Positions 50,349-60,045 of a DNA stretch of 64,000 bases are shown here, piece after piece. The position numbers and the translations under genes were made by a program. The first letter of the stretch is position 1; each line of letters begins with the position of its first letter. The notes beneath the pieces are model-generated. The model did not search any database and was not told where the DNA came from. It saw only the letters and a list, made by a program, of their open reading frames with translations. Source of the DNA: an uncultured Gammaproteobacteria bacterium (GTDB taxonomy: Bacteria; Patescibacteriota; Patescibacteriia; JAHIZJ01); the NCBI GenBank assembly GCA_964371245.1, contig CAYJKP010000002.1:257469-321468 (forward strand), read 5' to 3'.

Positions 50349-51146
50349 TTATCGTTTTTTTGTGGCTGCCGTTTTATCCGAGGCGGCCTTCGCCTGGGCA
50401 ATGAGCATTTCCTGAACACCGTAGACCTGGAGCGCGTGTTCGTATTCTTCCTGAGTGGCGTATGAGCGGATAGTTTTTTCGAGGCTCGCCAAATTCGGCT
50501 CGTTCACCGGTCCGCGGCAACCGAGACACTGCTGGCCGTGCCGCGTGCAAATCGCGTTGCAACCGGTCTGCGTCACCGGACCGAGACAAATGATCTTCTT
50601 CTGAAGTAAGCAGCCGGCTTGCACCAACGGACAGTCATAGCACACCGGGCGCTCCGGTATCGGCTGGAGTCTTCCGTCTTTAATGTCGAGCAATATCTGG
50701 GCGAATTCTTGATTGTTGATCGGACAGCCGGGAATAACATAGTCGACTTTGACATGCGACGCGATTGGTACAATCTTCGGATTGTCAATTTTGTCCGGTT
50801 TCGAATAGACGGCGCGAAGCGTGGCTTCTTTATTCGGTAGATAATTTTTTATTCCTTGGACGCAGCCGATGTGCGCGCACGTGCCGAGGGCGATTAAAAA
50901 CTTTGATTTTTTCCGCATTTCCTTGAGCCGGCGGATGTCGTCCTCGGTGATCGGCGAACCCTCGACAACCGCGATGTCGTACTGCGGCCGCTCGCGCATA
51001 TCTTCGACCAGCCCGAACTCGCCAAGATCATAGTGTTCAAAAATCTCCAGTAGCCGCTGACCGAGATCGAGGATGGCAAACTGGCAGCCTTCGCAGCAGG
51101 TCAGGCTGATAATACCGATGGTAGGTTTTTTTGGAAAGGTAGGCAT
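50349..51146 (-). CDS. [NiFe]-hydrogenase small (delta) subunit
   Basis: CCEGC, VEGS, GTCA, PGCP, CLGPVT..GC.A.C, CLGCRG. Confidence 0.9.
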   Translation of the reverse strand: MPTFPKKPTIGIISLTCCEGCQFAILDLGQRLLEIFEHYDLGEFGLVEDMRERPQYDIAVVEGSPITEDDIRRLKEMRKKSKFLIALGTCAHIGCVQGIKNYLPNKEATLRAVYSKPDKIDNPKIVPIASHVKVDYVIPGCPINNQEFAQILLDIKDGRLQPIPERPVCYDCPLVQAGCLLQKKIICLGPVTQTGCNAICTRHGQQCLGCRGPVNEPNLASLEKTIRSYATQEEYEHALQVYGVQEMLIAQAKAASDKTAATKKR

Positions 51147-51881
51147 TTAGATCGTCAGATTAGCGAGCGCGATCGCTTCGCGGGTATAATGCGCCAAATT
51201 TCTGACCTGGCGCGTCGTTAGTATTTCGCAAGCAAAACCCCAGTGGAACGATACCCAGTCGCCGACGTTCGGCGTGCGTATAAACGTTTTGTCGTCAAGA
51301 GAACGCTGGATCGTCTTTTGTGCCGGGTGGCCAAGGCATAGTTTTTGATCAACGAGTTCGAGTGGCCGGCTCCGAACATCAAATTCATCCGGTCGCACCG
51401 CGTTTATTCGTCCCCAGCTCACGCGACAGTTGTCCATTGTCTCGATCGTATGCTGGACTGCATGATGTCCAGTCCGCCAGAACACATTGAGTACATGGAA
51501 CGTATGGTGTGGCTTGGCGCCGAGGGGCAATTTGCCGGCTAAATACTCGAGAGACTTTCCGTCGAGCCGTTTTTTGAAGTTCATGGTTTCAGCCAGGTGC
51601 CGGTAGAACTCCTGGATTGGGGTTTGCTCAAGCAGTTCATTTCCGATCCAATATGCTTCGACCACCTTTTCATCGAATGGATCGTTGGTCTGATTGCTGG
51701 AAGCGATCAGCCGCAGATACGGCCACATGGTTTGAAAATCAATCAGGATTTCTTTCAGTCCGGCGTCAACTGTTTGGGTCGCGCCGTATTCAAATAAGTC
51801 GCGATTCTTATCCGGACCGCAATACAACAGACGGTTTGGCATAAAGGCATATGTTGTGCAGGAAAGGATGCCGGAGTTCAT
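51147..51881 (-). CDS. DUF6390-like hydrogenase-associated protein
   Basis: YAFMPN.L.YCGP, VEAYWIGN, PHH.FHV, GDWVSFHWGFAC. Confidence 0.75.
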   Translation of the reverse strand: MNSGILSCTTYAFMPNRLLYCGPDKNRDLFEYGATQTVDAGLKEILIDFQTMWPYLRLIASSNQTNDPFDEKVVEAYWIGNELLEQTPIQEFYRHLAETMNFKKRLDGKSLEYLAGKLPLGAKPHHTFHVLNVFWRTGHHAVQHTIETMDNCRVSWGRINAVRPDEFDVRSRPLELVDQKLCLGHPAQKTIQRSLDDKTFIRTPNVGDWVSFHWGFACEILTTRQVRNLAHYTREAIALANLTI

Positions 51882-52774
51882 ATACTTTTTGTATTAATCA
51901 ATCGTGAGGCGTTGCGTTGAAGCAATAGTAATGGAATTGCGCCCAGGATCATCAGCACAAAACCAGCCAGCTGATCAGCGGTGAACGACTTCCCGTCAAA
52001 TATTACCGTTAGTAGACTTGTGATCGGAAAACCGAGCGCCAGGATCGCCGTGGCCACCGTAACTGGCAAACGACGCAGGCCCGCATACCAGGCAATCACG
52101 TAGCCGAACAGAAGCGCGGCAGTCAAACCGGTCCAGCTCAGTTGCGACCAGGTAAGCTTTGCTAACAACGGCAATTGGCCAGTGGTTAACAATAAGTCGA
52201 CAATCACCAAAAGGCCGAAAAACATCCGACCCCAGGCAACGATCGTCGGGGAAATATCAGCCAGCGCGCGTTTCGCCAGAATAGCCTCAGCCGCCCAGAG
52301 TAATGTCGCGACCAGCACCAATCCATCGCCCAGGCCGATCGGCTGGAATTTCCCCTGGCTCATGAGCCAAATCCCAGCGGCGATGCTCGCCAGTCCGACA
52401 AACGACCACCGGCTGAAGCGTTCCTTCAAAAACACAGCCGCCATAAGACCAGCCCAGAGAAACATCGATTTGTGGATCAGCGCGCCTTGGCTGGCCGAGG
52501 TCAGACTCAAGCCCTTGAAAAAAAGCAGGAACGGCACGCCACCGCCGACAAACCCGATCACTACGAGCTTGTACCATTGTCGACGGGAGAGACGTCGCAA
52601 TTCTTTCCAGCGACCAGCGCCAAGAATAACCAGACCGAGTAATCCGACCACGGCTGCATTCTTCACGCCCGTGAAAATATACGGATTAATAACGCTAACG
52701 CTGAATTTATTGAGATAGATTGAGGCGCCGGAAATGAGCGCTGTCAGAAAAATATAGAGATAACCCTTAGACAT
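51878..52774 (-). CDS. EamA/DMT-family transporter
   Basis: About ten TM helices in two repeats. Confidence 0.85.
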   Translation of the reverse strand: MSKGYLYIFLTALISGASIYLNKFSVSVINPYIFTGVKNAAVVGLLGLVILGAGRWKELRRLSRRQWYKLVVIGFVGGGVPFLLFFKGLSLTSASQGALIHKSMFLWAGLMAAVFLKERFSRWSFVGLASIAAGIWLMSQGKFQPIGLGDGLVLVATLLWAAEAILAKRALADISPTIVAWGRMFFGLLVIVDLLLTTGQLPLLAKLTWSQLSWTGLTAALLFGYVIAWYAGLRRLPVTVATAILALGFPITSLLTVIFDGKSFTADQLAGFVLMILGAIPLLLLQRNASRLINTKSI

Positions 52775-52961
52775 GGCTGAGGAGTGTTAATATTTTTTTT
52801 GCTTCGGCGGCCGGTACTTTTCGAATGGCCAAGTCCGCATTCACCAGCACCCAATCGCCAGCCTTGGCTCGCGGAATGAGGGAAATGTTAATGGCACCGC
52901 TTTTCACGCGGGCCGTGGTGCCGTTGATCGAGAGTATTTTTTTTGGAATCGTTAGACACAT
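52767..52961 (-). CDS. hypC: Hydrogenase chaperone HypC/HupF
   Basis: MCLTIP N-terminus, GDWVLV; conserved His replaced by Asn. Confidence 0.85.
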   Translation of the reverse strand: MCLTIPKKILSINGTTARVKSGAINISLIPRAKAGDWVLVNADLAIRKVPAAEAKKILTLLSHV

Positions 52962-52963
52962 CG

Positions 52964-53782
52964 TTAGATCGCGCCAGGGATATCTTTTATCGTTTGATAT
53001 GAAAAAACCGGGCCGTCCTTGCAAACATATTTCGAGCCGAGAGCGCAATGCTGGCAGACGCCGACGCCACAATCCATCCGGCGTTCAAAGGAAAAATACA
53101 TTAGCTCGTCGGGTATGTTGCGCTGTTTTAATTTCTCAAGACAGAAGTGATACATGATTGGCGGACCGCAGGCCAGGACGGCGATATTTTCAAGCAGCGG
53201 CACGGTGTCGAACAGGTTGGTGATCAAGCCAGTTTGCCCCTTCCATTCCGGTGTTGGTTCGGAAACGATCAATTGAAGATCGAGGTGTTTCTTCCAGGTT
53301 GGATATTCGCTTCGGAAAAGGAGGTCATCGGGCGTGCCCACGCCGAGAAAAAGCTGGATTTTCTGATTGGCTGGTTTCTGTTTTATGTAATCGAGAATGA
53401 TGGTCCGCATCGTTACAAAACCGCAGCCGCCGCCGAGCAAAAGGAGGTTTTTTCCGGCAAAGGTGGCCATAGGAAAACCATTGCCGAAGGGACCGCGGAT
53501 CATCATCGTCTGACCGACCGTTAATTCATGGATTTTTTCCGTCACTGAACCAACCCGGCGCACGGCAATCTCGAACCAGCCGCGCTCGAGCGAGCTCGAA
53601 CAGATGTCGAACGGTCCTTCGCCGTGTCCGAGTAAACCGGCGAAGACGAATTGTCCAGGCGTAAATCGAAATTCTTTCCGTAGTTTTTCGTCAACAAATT
53701 GAAGGGTATACAAATTCGTCCGCGTTGATTCTTTTCGGATCTTAACTATTTTCGCCTGGGTTGGTAGATAATAATTTTTCAT
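52964..53782 (-). CDS. Sulfhydrogenase gamma-type FAD/NAD(P)-binding subunit
   Basis: PGQF, RGPFGNGF, GGGCG, CGPPIM, ERRMDCGVGVCQHC, CKDGPVF. Confidence 0.9.
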   Translation of the reverse strand: MKNYYLPTQAKIVKIRKESTRTNLYTLQFVDEKLRKEFRFTPGQFVFAGLLGHGEGPFDICSSSLERGWFEIAVRRVGSVTEKIHELTVGQTMMIRGPFGNGFPMATFAGKNLLLLGGGCGFVTMRTIILDYIKQKPANQKIQLFLGVGTPDDLLFRSEYPTWKKHLDLQLIVSEPTPEWKGQTGLITNLFDTVPLLENIAVLACGPPIMYHFCLEKLKQRNIPDELMYFSFERRMDCGVGVCQHCALGSKYVCKDGPVFSYQTIKDIPGAI

Positions 53783-54810
53783 GGCTTCGAAGGATTTTTT
53801 TTAAGTGACGGTTGGGACTTCCCGCCAGCCGGGGCTGGTGTTAGCGCGGCCAGTGTTTTTCGTAAATCAATGCCGACCGGGCAGACCGCGATGCAACGAC
53901 CGCAACCGACACAGCCAGGAATCGAGTATTCATCCGGGATGCGAACGAATTTGTGTTCATACCAGAAATATATCCGTTTCGCGATCGTATCGAGAAAAAT
54001 ATGTCCGCCCGCGACCTTTGAAAAATCGGGATAAAAACACGTTTCCCAATGCCGCTGACGTTGGCCGGATTTTTTCTTTTGACCGAATTCATAGTTGGTC
54101 GTGAAACAGAAACAGGTCGGACACACCAAGGAACATTTTCCGCAGGCGAGGCAACGCTTGCCGAGCTCCTCCCAGACTGAGCGGTGCCGCTCAAACGAAT
54201 TTTTCACCTTGCGATAATTCACCACCATCACCGGATCCAGGCCGGACTCTTTGATCGGGCCGACGTAGACGGAATTCTCGTACTCCGTCAAACCAGCTTC
54301 GGTGATGATTGTCCGGCCGGTTTTACTACCGGCGTAGAGATAGCTGCCAGTTCCGGTTTCGAGCACAAATATATCAAATTCAAGGTGCTCGAGCGTGTCT
54401 TCCTCGAGCCGCTCCTTGAAAATGCCGAAGCTCTTCTCGGAAACCGGCCCCTTCAGGTACCCGATGACGAGCGTGCGCTGCTTGATCGCTTGATAGACGG
54501 CGTCATGTCGAAAAACTTGATTATACAGTCCCAGCGCCCGGAGATCGACGATTTGAATGCCGAAAAGCGCCTGTTTCGGATATTCGCGTTGGTTCGGTTC
54601 CGTTATCGTCTCACCCTCAAATCGATACAACGTTTGATGCTGCGGAAAAAGAAAATCTTTAAAGGTATTATGGGTAAGCTGAGCCGAAAAGACGATTTTT
54701 TTCAGATCGGTAACCGTCGACAAAAAAAGCCCTCGGCTCTTCTGAGTCGGAGCAATGAGGGCATACTCGCGCTGGATATGTGAAAAAAGTTTTTTTATTA
54801 TCGGATTCAT
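53779..54810 (-). CDS. Sulfhydrogenase beta-type 4Fe-4S dicluster subunit
   Basis: CLACGKC..VCPTCFC, HKF, GCVGCGRCIAVCPVGID. Confidence 0.9.
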   Translation of the reverse strand: MNPIIKKLFSHIQREYALIAPTQKSRGLFLSTVTDLKKIVFSAQLTHNTFKDFLFPQHQTLYRFEGETITEPNQREYPKQALFGIQIVDLRALGLYNQVFRHDAVYQAIKQRTLVIGYLKGPVSEKSFGIFKERLEEDTLEHLEFDIFVLETGTGSYLYAGSKTGRTIITEAGLTEYENSVYVGPIKESGLDPVMVVNYRKVKNSFERHRSVWEELGKRCLACGKCSLVCPTCFCFTTNYEFGQKKKSGQRQRHWETCFYPDFSKVAGGHIFLDTIAKRIYFWYEHKFVRIPDEYSIPGCVGCGRCIAVCPVGIDLRKTLAALTPAPAGGKSQPSLKKNPSKP

Positions 54811-54872
54811 TGCGGTGATTATACCATAAAAAAACCGAGTTCACAACATCCGGTGACTCGTTTTTCAACCGT

Positions 54873-55634
54873 CTATTTAACCGAAAGCAGCCCGTCTAAC
54901 AGCTCGTGCCATTTCTCGTCGGTGATGACGCCGGGGATCGGATATCCGTTGATAATAAACAACGGCGTACCGAGCGTTGGCAGGTTTTTGCCAAGCTCGA
55001 CGCCATCCTGCAAATCTTTCGCGACCTCGATGGCGTTTATACCCGAGTCAAGGCAGGAATTAAACGTATCGGTATTTAAGCCGACTTGAACGGCGTAGTT
55101 TTTTAAATCGGCCACGGAGAGCGCATTCTGATTTTCAAAAAGCTTATCATGCATCGCCCAAAATTTATCTTGATCGTTCGCGCATTCACCCGCCTCGGCC
55201 GCTTTCTCGGCATCAGGGTGGAGGTCAGCCACCGGGAAATCGCGATAGACAAATAAGACGTCATCCGCGTATTCATTCATAATCGATCGAACAATTATTG
55301 AGGCTTCCTTGCAAAACGGGCATTGGAAATCGCCGAATTCAACTATTTGAATAGTGGCTTGGGAATTGCCAAATCGCGGGTCGTCTTCGGTTACGCCTGA
55401 GGGACCTGCTTGGACGACATCCGTATTGCTGTTTGACGCCGCCACAATGTTTTTTTGGAATATAACGAGTAAGCGCCAGGCAAAAAATGTGAGTGTGCCG
55501 AATAATGCCACGCCGAATACAATAAACAAAACCCCCCACCAGGTTCGGTACCAGTGCCACGTTTTCGGTTTGGCTGGCGGGGTAGCCTGTTTTTGAATTT
55601 GTGTTGGTTGGTTTGGCATAGTTTTCCTACCCAT
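54873..55634 (-). CDS. DsbA-family thiol-disulfide oxidoreductase
   Basis: EFGDFQCPFC, GTP.FIING, N-terminal TM. Confidence 0.9.
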   Translation of the reverse strand: MGRKTMPNQPTQIQKQATPPAKPKTWHWYRTWWGVLFIVFGVALFGTLTFFAWRLLVIFQKNIVAASNSNTDVVQAGPSGVTEDDPRFGNSQATIQIVEFGDFQCPFCKEASIIVRSIMNEYADDVLFVYRDFPVADLHPDAEKAAEAGECANDQDKFWAMHDKLFENQNALSVADLKNYAVQVGLNTDTFNSCLDSGINAIEVAKDLQDGVELGKNLPTLGTPLFIINGYPIPGVITDEKWHELLDGLLSVK

Positions 55635-55979
55635 CCATCATAGCGCAGATCGGCTGTTGCGTAAATACAAAAACCGCCAGGCGCGGCGGTTTTTGCGGAA
55701 TTGCCTTTTTCTTGGCCGGCGAAGCCAGTGGCCGATTGCCATAGCCCCGGAAATAGCCAGGGGTAACGGCAGCGGTGAAACCAACTGTGATACAAACGCC
55801 CGAGGAGAGAGATTTTTTTCGAACGCTCACATCGGACAGTCGATCCAAAGGTTCGCCGGTCGAGAAAGAGGCGAAGGTAGGCCCTTCTCTGAATCTGCTA
55901 GCTTTATTCTAGCAAATTCAGAGAAGAGGGGTAGGCGTGGCGGCATCGGTCGTGCCTACCCTTTGAAAGAGAAGAGGGG

Positions 55980-56267
55980 TCATCGGACAAGCATTCTCCG
56001 GATCTGGCGTTTCAACCGCTGCAGCGCGATTGGATATGCCAGTCCGGCCATCATCCCGACCCAAGTGCCAGCGTACTCAATCGGCTCGTTCCCGCGGAAA
56101 CGGAGAAGCCACGAGGCTGTGAGTACGATGATGCCGATGATGCCGAAGAGGAGCAGTTTGGGACGCGGGTAAAATATCGGTAGCCGACTGAAGATTGTCG
56201 CTATCGTGACAATACCCGCAAACCCGATCAGGAACGGGAACCACGCGGTAGACAATGTATGGGTCAT
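55980..56267 (-). CDS. Small membrane protein
   Basis: GGAGG SD; three hydrophobic segments. Confidence 0.55.
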   Translation of the reverse strand: MTHTLSTAWFPFLIGFAGIVTIATIFSRLPIFYPRPKLLLFGIIGIIVLTASWLLRFRGNEPIEYAGTWVGMMAGLAYPIALQRLKRQIRRMLVR

Positions 56268-56435
56268 AAAAACACCTCCTTCATCCAGTTGTCGGACCAC
56301 TTCCTCTGAACTCAGAAACCGACGCTTCTGAATTCGGAAAAAGTGAGGAGTCCCCGCACCGGAAGTCATGAACCGTCTGGTACATGACGACTGGTGCAGG
56401 GTTATGGCGTCTCCTCAGAACACCTATAAAGATCG

Positions 56436-56891
56436 TCAAGTCGTCACAGTCACCTTGAGCTCGCCGAAGAGTTGACGGTAGGTCCGCAACGCCTTGGCTT
56501 CTTGGCGATAGGAGGGTGTCACCTCGCAGGGTAGCGTGATGACGTATTTTCCTTTCCATTCGCCGATGCCCGGTGACGGCGACCGAACGTCGTCGCGGAC
56601 CAGCCTCCAGGCCTGATAGATCTTCTCGGCCGTCAGTCTGGAGTCTTCACCCGCGTCGACTATGATCGTGTAGATCGGAAGCGCTGTGATGGTCTTAGGT
56701 GATATTATCCCGTGCCAGATGACACAGGGATACCCCCAGTTATCAACCCGAACCTCCTCGAGCCGGCTGAGAGAACAGACCGGCGAGGCGTGATTCATGC
56801 GCACGTCAAGTTCGAAATACCTCGACAGACCGACGATCAGAACTCCGGTCATCAACGACGTTGTCAGACAGCCGAGAATGTAGCGCTTCAT
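56436..56891 (-). CDS. Hypothetical secreted or anchored protein
   Basis: N-terminal hydrophobic helix; overlaps upstream stop. Confidence 0.55.
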   Translation of the reverse strand: MKRYILGCLTTSLMTGVLIVGLSRYFELDVRMNHASPVCSLSRLEEVRVDNWGYPCVIWHGIISPKTITALPIYTIIVDAGEDSRLTAEKIYQAWRLVRDDVRSPSPGIGEWKGKYVITLPCEVTPSYRQEAKALRTYRQLFGELKVTVTT

Positions 56892-57550
56892 GTCTTTGCC
56901 CCTTTCGAGCGAATCGTCTCTTCGATCAGCTCCACCACCTGCTTAGCCTTGAGTCGTCCCCGGGGCGTAGCTTGCAGAGTCAGCTGATAGTCATAGGCCG
57001 TATACGCCCGTACTTCGAGATACCAGTTGTCGCCCCAGAGCCGGAAGTGCCGGGGGTGGTCGTGGAGACTGGCGGTGTAAAACACAAAGCCTCCAATAAC
57101 CTGGGTTTCTCCGGGACCGATTGAATCCATCGGCTGAAAAGCCAGTGGATCAGCAAACGGGTCGCCCTTATGGTCTACGGTCGGGTATCTGTCCCAGACA
57201 AGCCGGCGCATGGCTTGTTCGTCGCGGACACCATTGCCGTCAAACACGGTCCAGACGTCGGCCCCTCGCGTGACACAGACTGGCACGAAGCTGGTCGCGC
57301 CCGTCATAGGAAACATCGTCTTACCGGGCGTGAGAACATGGTTCTGCGCCTTGGTAAGTTCCTGGAGAACTCGCATGGCCTGATCGCGCGGGACGTTGTA
57401 TGTCGTATGGCCCGACTTACCCGGCGCGCAGACGAACGCGCCGAGCACGACCGGCAGCAGCGCCGTGATGAGAACCAAGGCCGGGATGCGGCCGCCCTTC
57501 ATGGTGACATGAAACGTGGCCAACCGGTACATCAAACTCTTGACCCGCAT
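56888..57550 (-). CDS. Hypothetical anchored protein
   Basis: AAGGAGG SD, N-terminal TM. Confidence 0.6.
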   Translation of the reverse strand: MRVKSLMYRLATFHVTMKGGRIPALVLITALLPVVLGAFVCAPGKSGHTTYNVPRDQAMRVLQELTKAQNHVLTPGKTMFPMTGATSFVPVCVTRGADVWTVFDGNGVRDEQAMRRLVWDRYPTVDHKGDPFADPLAFQPMDSIGPGETQVIGGFVFYTASLHDHPRHFRLWGDNWYLEVRAYTAYDYQLTLQATPRGRLKAKQVVELIEETIRSKGAKT

Positions 57551-57566
57551 GACTCAACCTCCTTGT

Positions 57567-57866
57567 CTAGAGACTTCTGACCAACCGGCTGCAGCGCGGA
57601 ACCGCCTGAAAGGCGATCGCGAAATACAGCGCTTGTTTCGTGATCAACCCGGCCACCCCGAGGTCCAGCTGGCTAACCAACAGGGCTTCGAGCACTCCCA
57701 ACAACAGCACTGCAAACGTCATCCGCTTCCGTAAGTGCTGGTAGGTCACGTCTCCGGGGCGCGGCCGTAACCACATCAGGCGGATGCAGATGACGAATCC
57801 GGCGACACTGGGAAGTAAGAGCATGACGTTCACTGCAATAAGCAATGCCCTGCTCCACGAACCCAT
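57567..57866 (-). CDS. Small membrane protein
   Basis: AAGGAGG SD; hydrophobic helices. Confidence 0.5.
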   Translation of the reverse strand: MGSWSRALLIAVNVMLLLPSVAGFVICIRLMWLRPRPGDVTYQHLRKRMTFAVLLLGVLEALLVSQLDLGVAGLITKQALYFAIAFQAVPRCSRLVRSL

Positions 57867-58177
57867 CGAACCCACCTCCTTCGTAGATAGCGCTACGTTC
57901 ACAAGTAGCCTGCGGCGGTGGAAGTCCCGAAAGAGAAACTTAGCATCTCGCCGTTTCCTCTCAGGGACGCTGCTGCTAGCCAAAGACGTGTTCCTTGAGA
58001 ACGTGTAATACTCATACCCGTTTGAAATGCATGATGGCATAAACCATCCCGCGCTTCAAGAGGTACCTCGCTGATACAGTCGTGAAAGACTGCGCCAGCG
58101 AGGCGATAGTGTAAGCCCGTATGGCTAACGGACAGCGCAATGATCAGGCGACCCCGGCCGAACAAACGACTCTTCGG

Positions 58178-58453
58178 TCAACAGCCGACGAGCCGTTCAA
58201 CCTTGAGTCGGTGACAGACGTAGTGCCCGAATCCGTACGTGACGAGCAGTACAAACACACGCATTACCGGAATGTCCTTGACCGCGTCACCCTGGTACAG
58301 ACCGAGCAGACATCCGGCAACAACCAGGACGACGACGAACGCAAGTGTGACATTGGCCGCAACGACATTCGGGATGCGTTTGATGAGTTCGTAGGCGACA
58401 ATAATAATGAACGGCGCGATAAACCCCACCGCGCCAGCAATCAGGTAGCTCAC
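58178..58453 (-). CDS. Small membrane protein
   Basis: GGAGG SD before GTG; three hydrophobic segments. Confidence 0.5.
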   Translation of the reverse strand: MSYLIAGAVGFIAPFIIIVAYELIKRIPNVVAANVTLAFVVVLVVAGCLLGLYQGDAVKDIPVMRVFVLLVTYGFGHYVCHRLKVERLVGC

Positions 58454-58520
58454 TTTCAACCTCCCGGCGGACATTTGTTGCCGTCCGTTTTCACATGTGG
58501 CGGATCCGAACGATCGAAGA

Positions 58521-58775
58521 TTACTTCCCCGGTGTAAGAAAGTCGCAAAAACCGAGAAACAGACAGATGAGAGCAAGCACGACGCCGAGACCGATTCCCG
58601 CGTACGCTGTCTTGATCAAGCCCGTCGCTTCGAGTGCAAAGCCGACGGCCAAGGCAAATGCTGATAAGGTAAAGAAGATGCCCTGGGGATCGCGTCTGAT
58701 GGCCTGGTAGTTGCTGAACCACAGAAAGACGACACTGGCGGCAACGAACGCTGAGATGATCTGACGGTCACTCAT
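58521..58775 (-). CDS. Small membrane protein
   Basis: Three hydrophobic segments. Confidence 0.5.
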   Translation of the reverse strand: MSDRQIISAFVAASVVFLWFSNYQAIRRDPQGIFFTLSAFALAVGFALEATGLIKTAYAGIGLGVVLALICLFLGFCDFLTPGK

Positions 58776-58994
58776 TGTAACCCTTCCTGGCGGATATTGA
58801 CTTCCATCCGCACCGAGCTGACCGGCATTTTTTATATTGCTGGACAATTCGGTGAGGAGAATTATGTACCTTCTTCTGAACCTGCGAACCGTGTCCGATT
58901 CCCAGACTCGGAAGAGGTGGAGAGGCGCGCGCTGAGCATGGAATGCGCGCGTCTCTCCGATTGTGGCCATTGCCCCGACCACGGGGGTGTTCTG

Positions 58995-59630
58995 TCAAGA
59001 GATAGCCAGCTGCGCCCGGAAGTACTGAATCGGGTTGTCTCCGTAGAGCATCCGATAGTACCGGCCCTCCAGCTTGACGTGAGTCGTCAGCTGGTTGGCT
59101 AAGTGCACGCCCCAGCGATCCGTCATGTCCACTTTGTTGAAATGAACCCCGACAGTGTACTCGCCGGTTCTGTCCTTCGCCTTCGAATCGGCCGGACCGT
59201 TGAACTTCAGGTCGGCGGTATGATACCAGAATTTGGTCCGGTGATTGCCGACCGCCGAAAAGCGCTTGAAGTCCAGGGTTAGATACACCGGTCCTGCCTT
59301 GGTCCCGGCAACGAGAGCCAACGACAGGGCATCGTGTTTCTCGTACCAGCCGCCGAGGTAACTTACGGCCGGCTGAACCCAGCAGTCATGCGGCAGCGGC
59401 TGCTTGATCCCGACGGTGGCGAAGTAAACCTCGCCGCCAGTACTCGGGATCTTCAGGTATTCACCGACGAACATCACCGTCGCGCCGCTCGCAGCGATCG
59501 GCTTGCTGCCGATCGCCACAACCTGGAGCTGGGTGCCGGTGTTGACGCACTCATCCGCGAGCGCGTATTCGGCGATAACGGCCAATAGCGCCACCGCCAC
59601 GACCAGCATCAGGGCTCTTTGAAATGTCAT
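58995..59630 (-). CDS. Secreted beta-strand-rich protein, possible beta-barrel
   Basis: Signal peptide ending ALA; alternating hydrophobic strands; C-terminal YFRAQLAIS. Confidence 0.55.
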   Translation of the reverse strand: MTFQRALMLVVAVALLAVIAEYALADECVNTGTQLQVVAIGSKPIAASGATVMFVGEYLKIPSTGGEVYFATVGIKQPLPHDCWVQPAVSYLGGWYEKHDALSLALVAGTKAGPVYLTLDFKRFSAVGNHRTKFWYHTADLKFNGPADSKAKDRTGEYTVGVHFNKVDMTDRWGVHLANQLTTHVKLEGRYYRMLYGDNPIQYFRAQLAIS

Positions 59631-59780
59631 TGTTCTTCCTCCGTGCCTACGTATCGGCCTCAACTAGCAACGCACCACTCTGGCGCGAGCGTTTAGAACC
59701 GATCTCTGTCATGTCATGACCAGAGACATCGAAACTCCGGGAGAGAGTACGGAGCCTCGATGCCGCCGACCATAATGGAG

Positions 59781-59875
59781 AATAATTCACAATTCAAAAT
59801 TCAGAATTAATAATTATTGTATCCGCCGTTGGCGGATTTCTTTAATTATTCCTTCTGGATTATGAATTCTGAATT
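59781..59875. repeat. AT-rich heptamer repeat element with ATCCGCCGTTGGCGGAT hairpin, copy B
   Basis: AATTCAC-AATTCAA-AATTCAG-AATTAAT-AATTATT then hairpin; core identical to copy C. Confidence 0.7.
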
Positions 59876-60045
59876 ACTATTTTATCCACTTCTGTGCTTA
59901 CAAGGTTTCCCTTCCAAGCGCGGAAGTGGTGGAGACGGACAGGACGTCTCCGAAGATGTGCGAAATGTGCGTTGGTGCTCTCACGCCTGTCTACCTCGCC
60001 GGATGGCGGGTCTTCCGTTGTTCACGGAACGTGAGAGTGTGCTCA

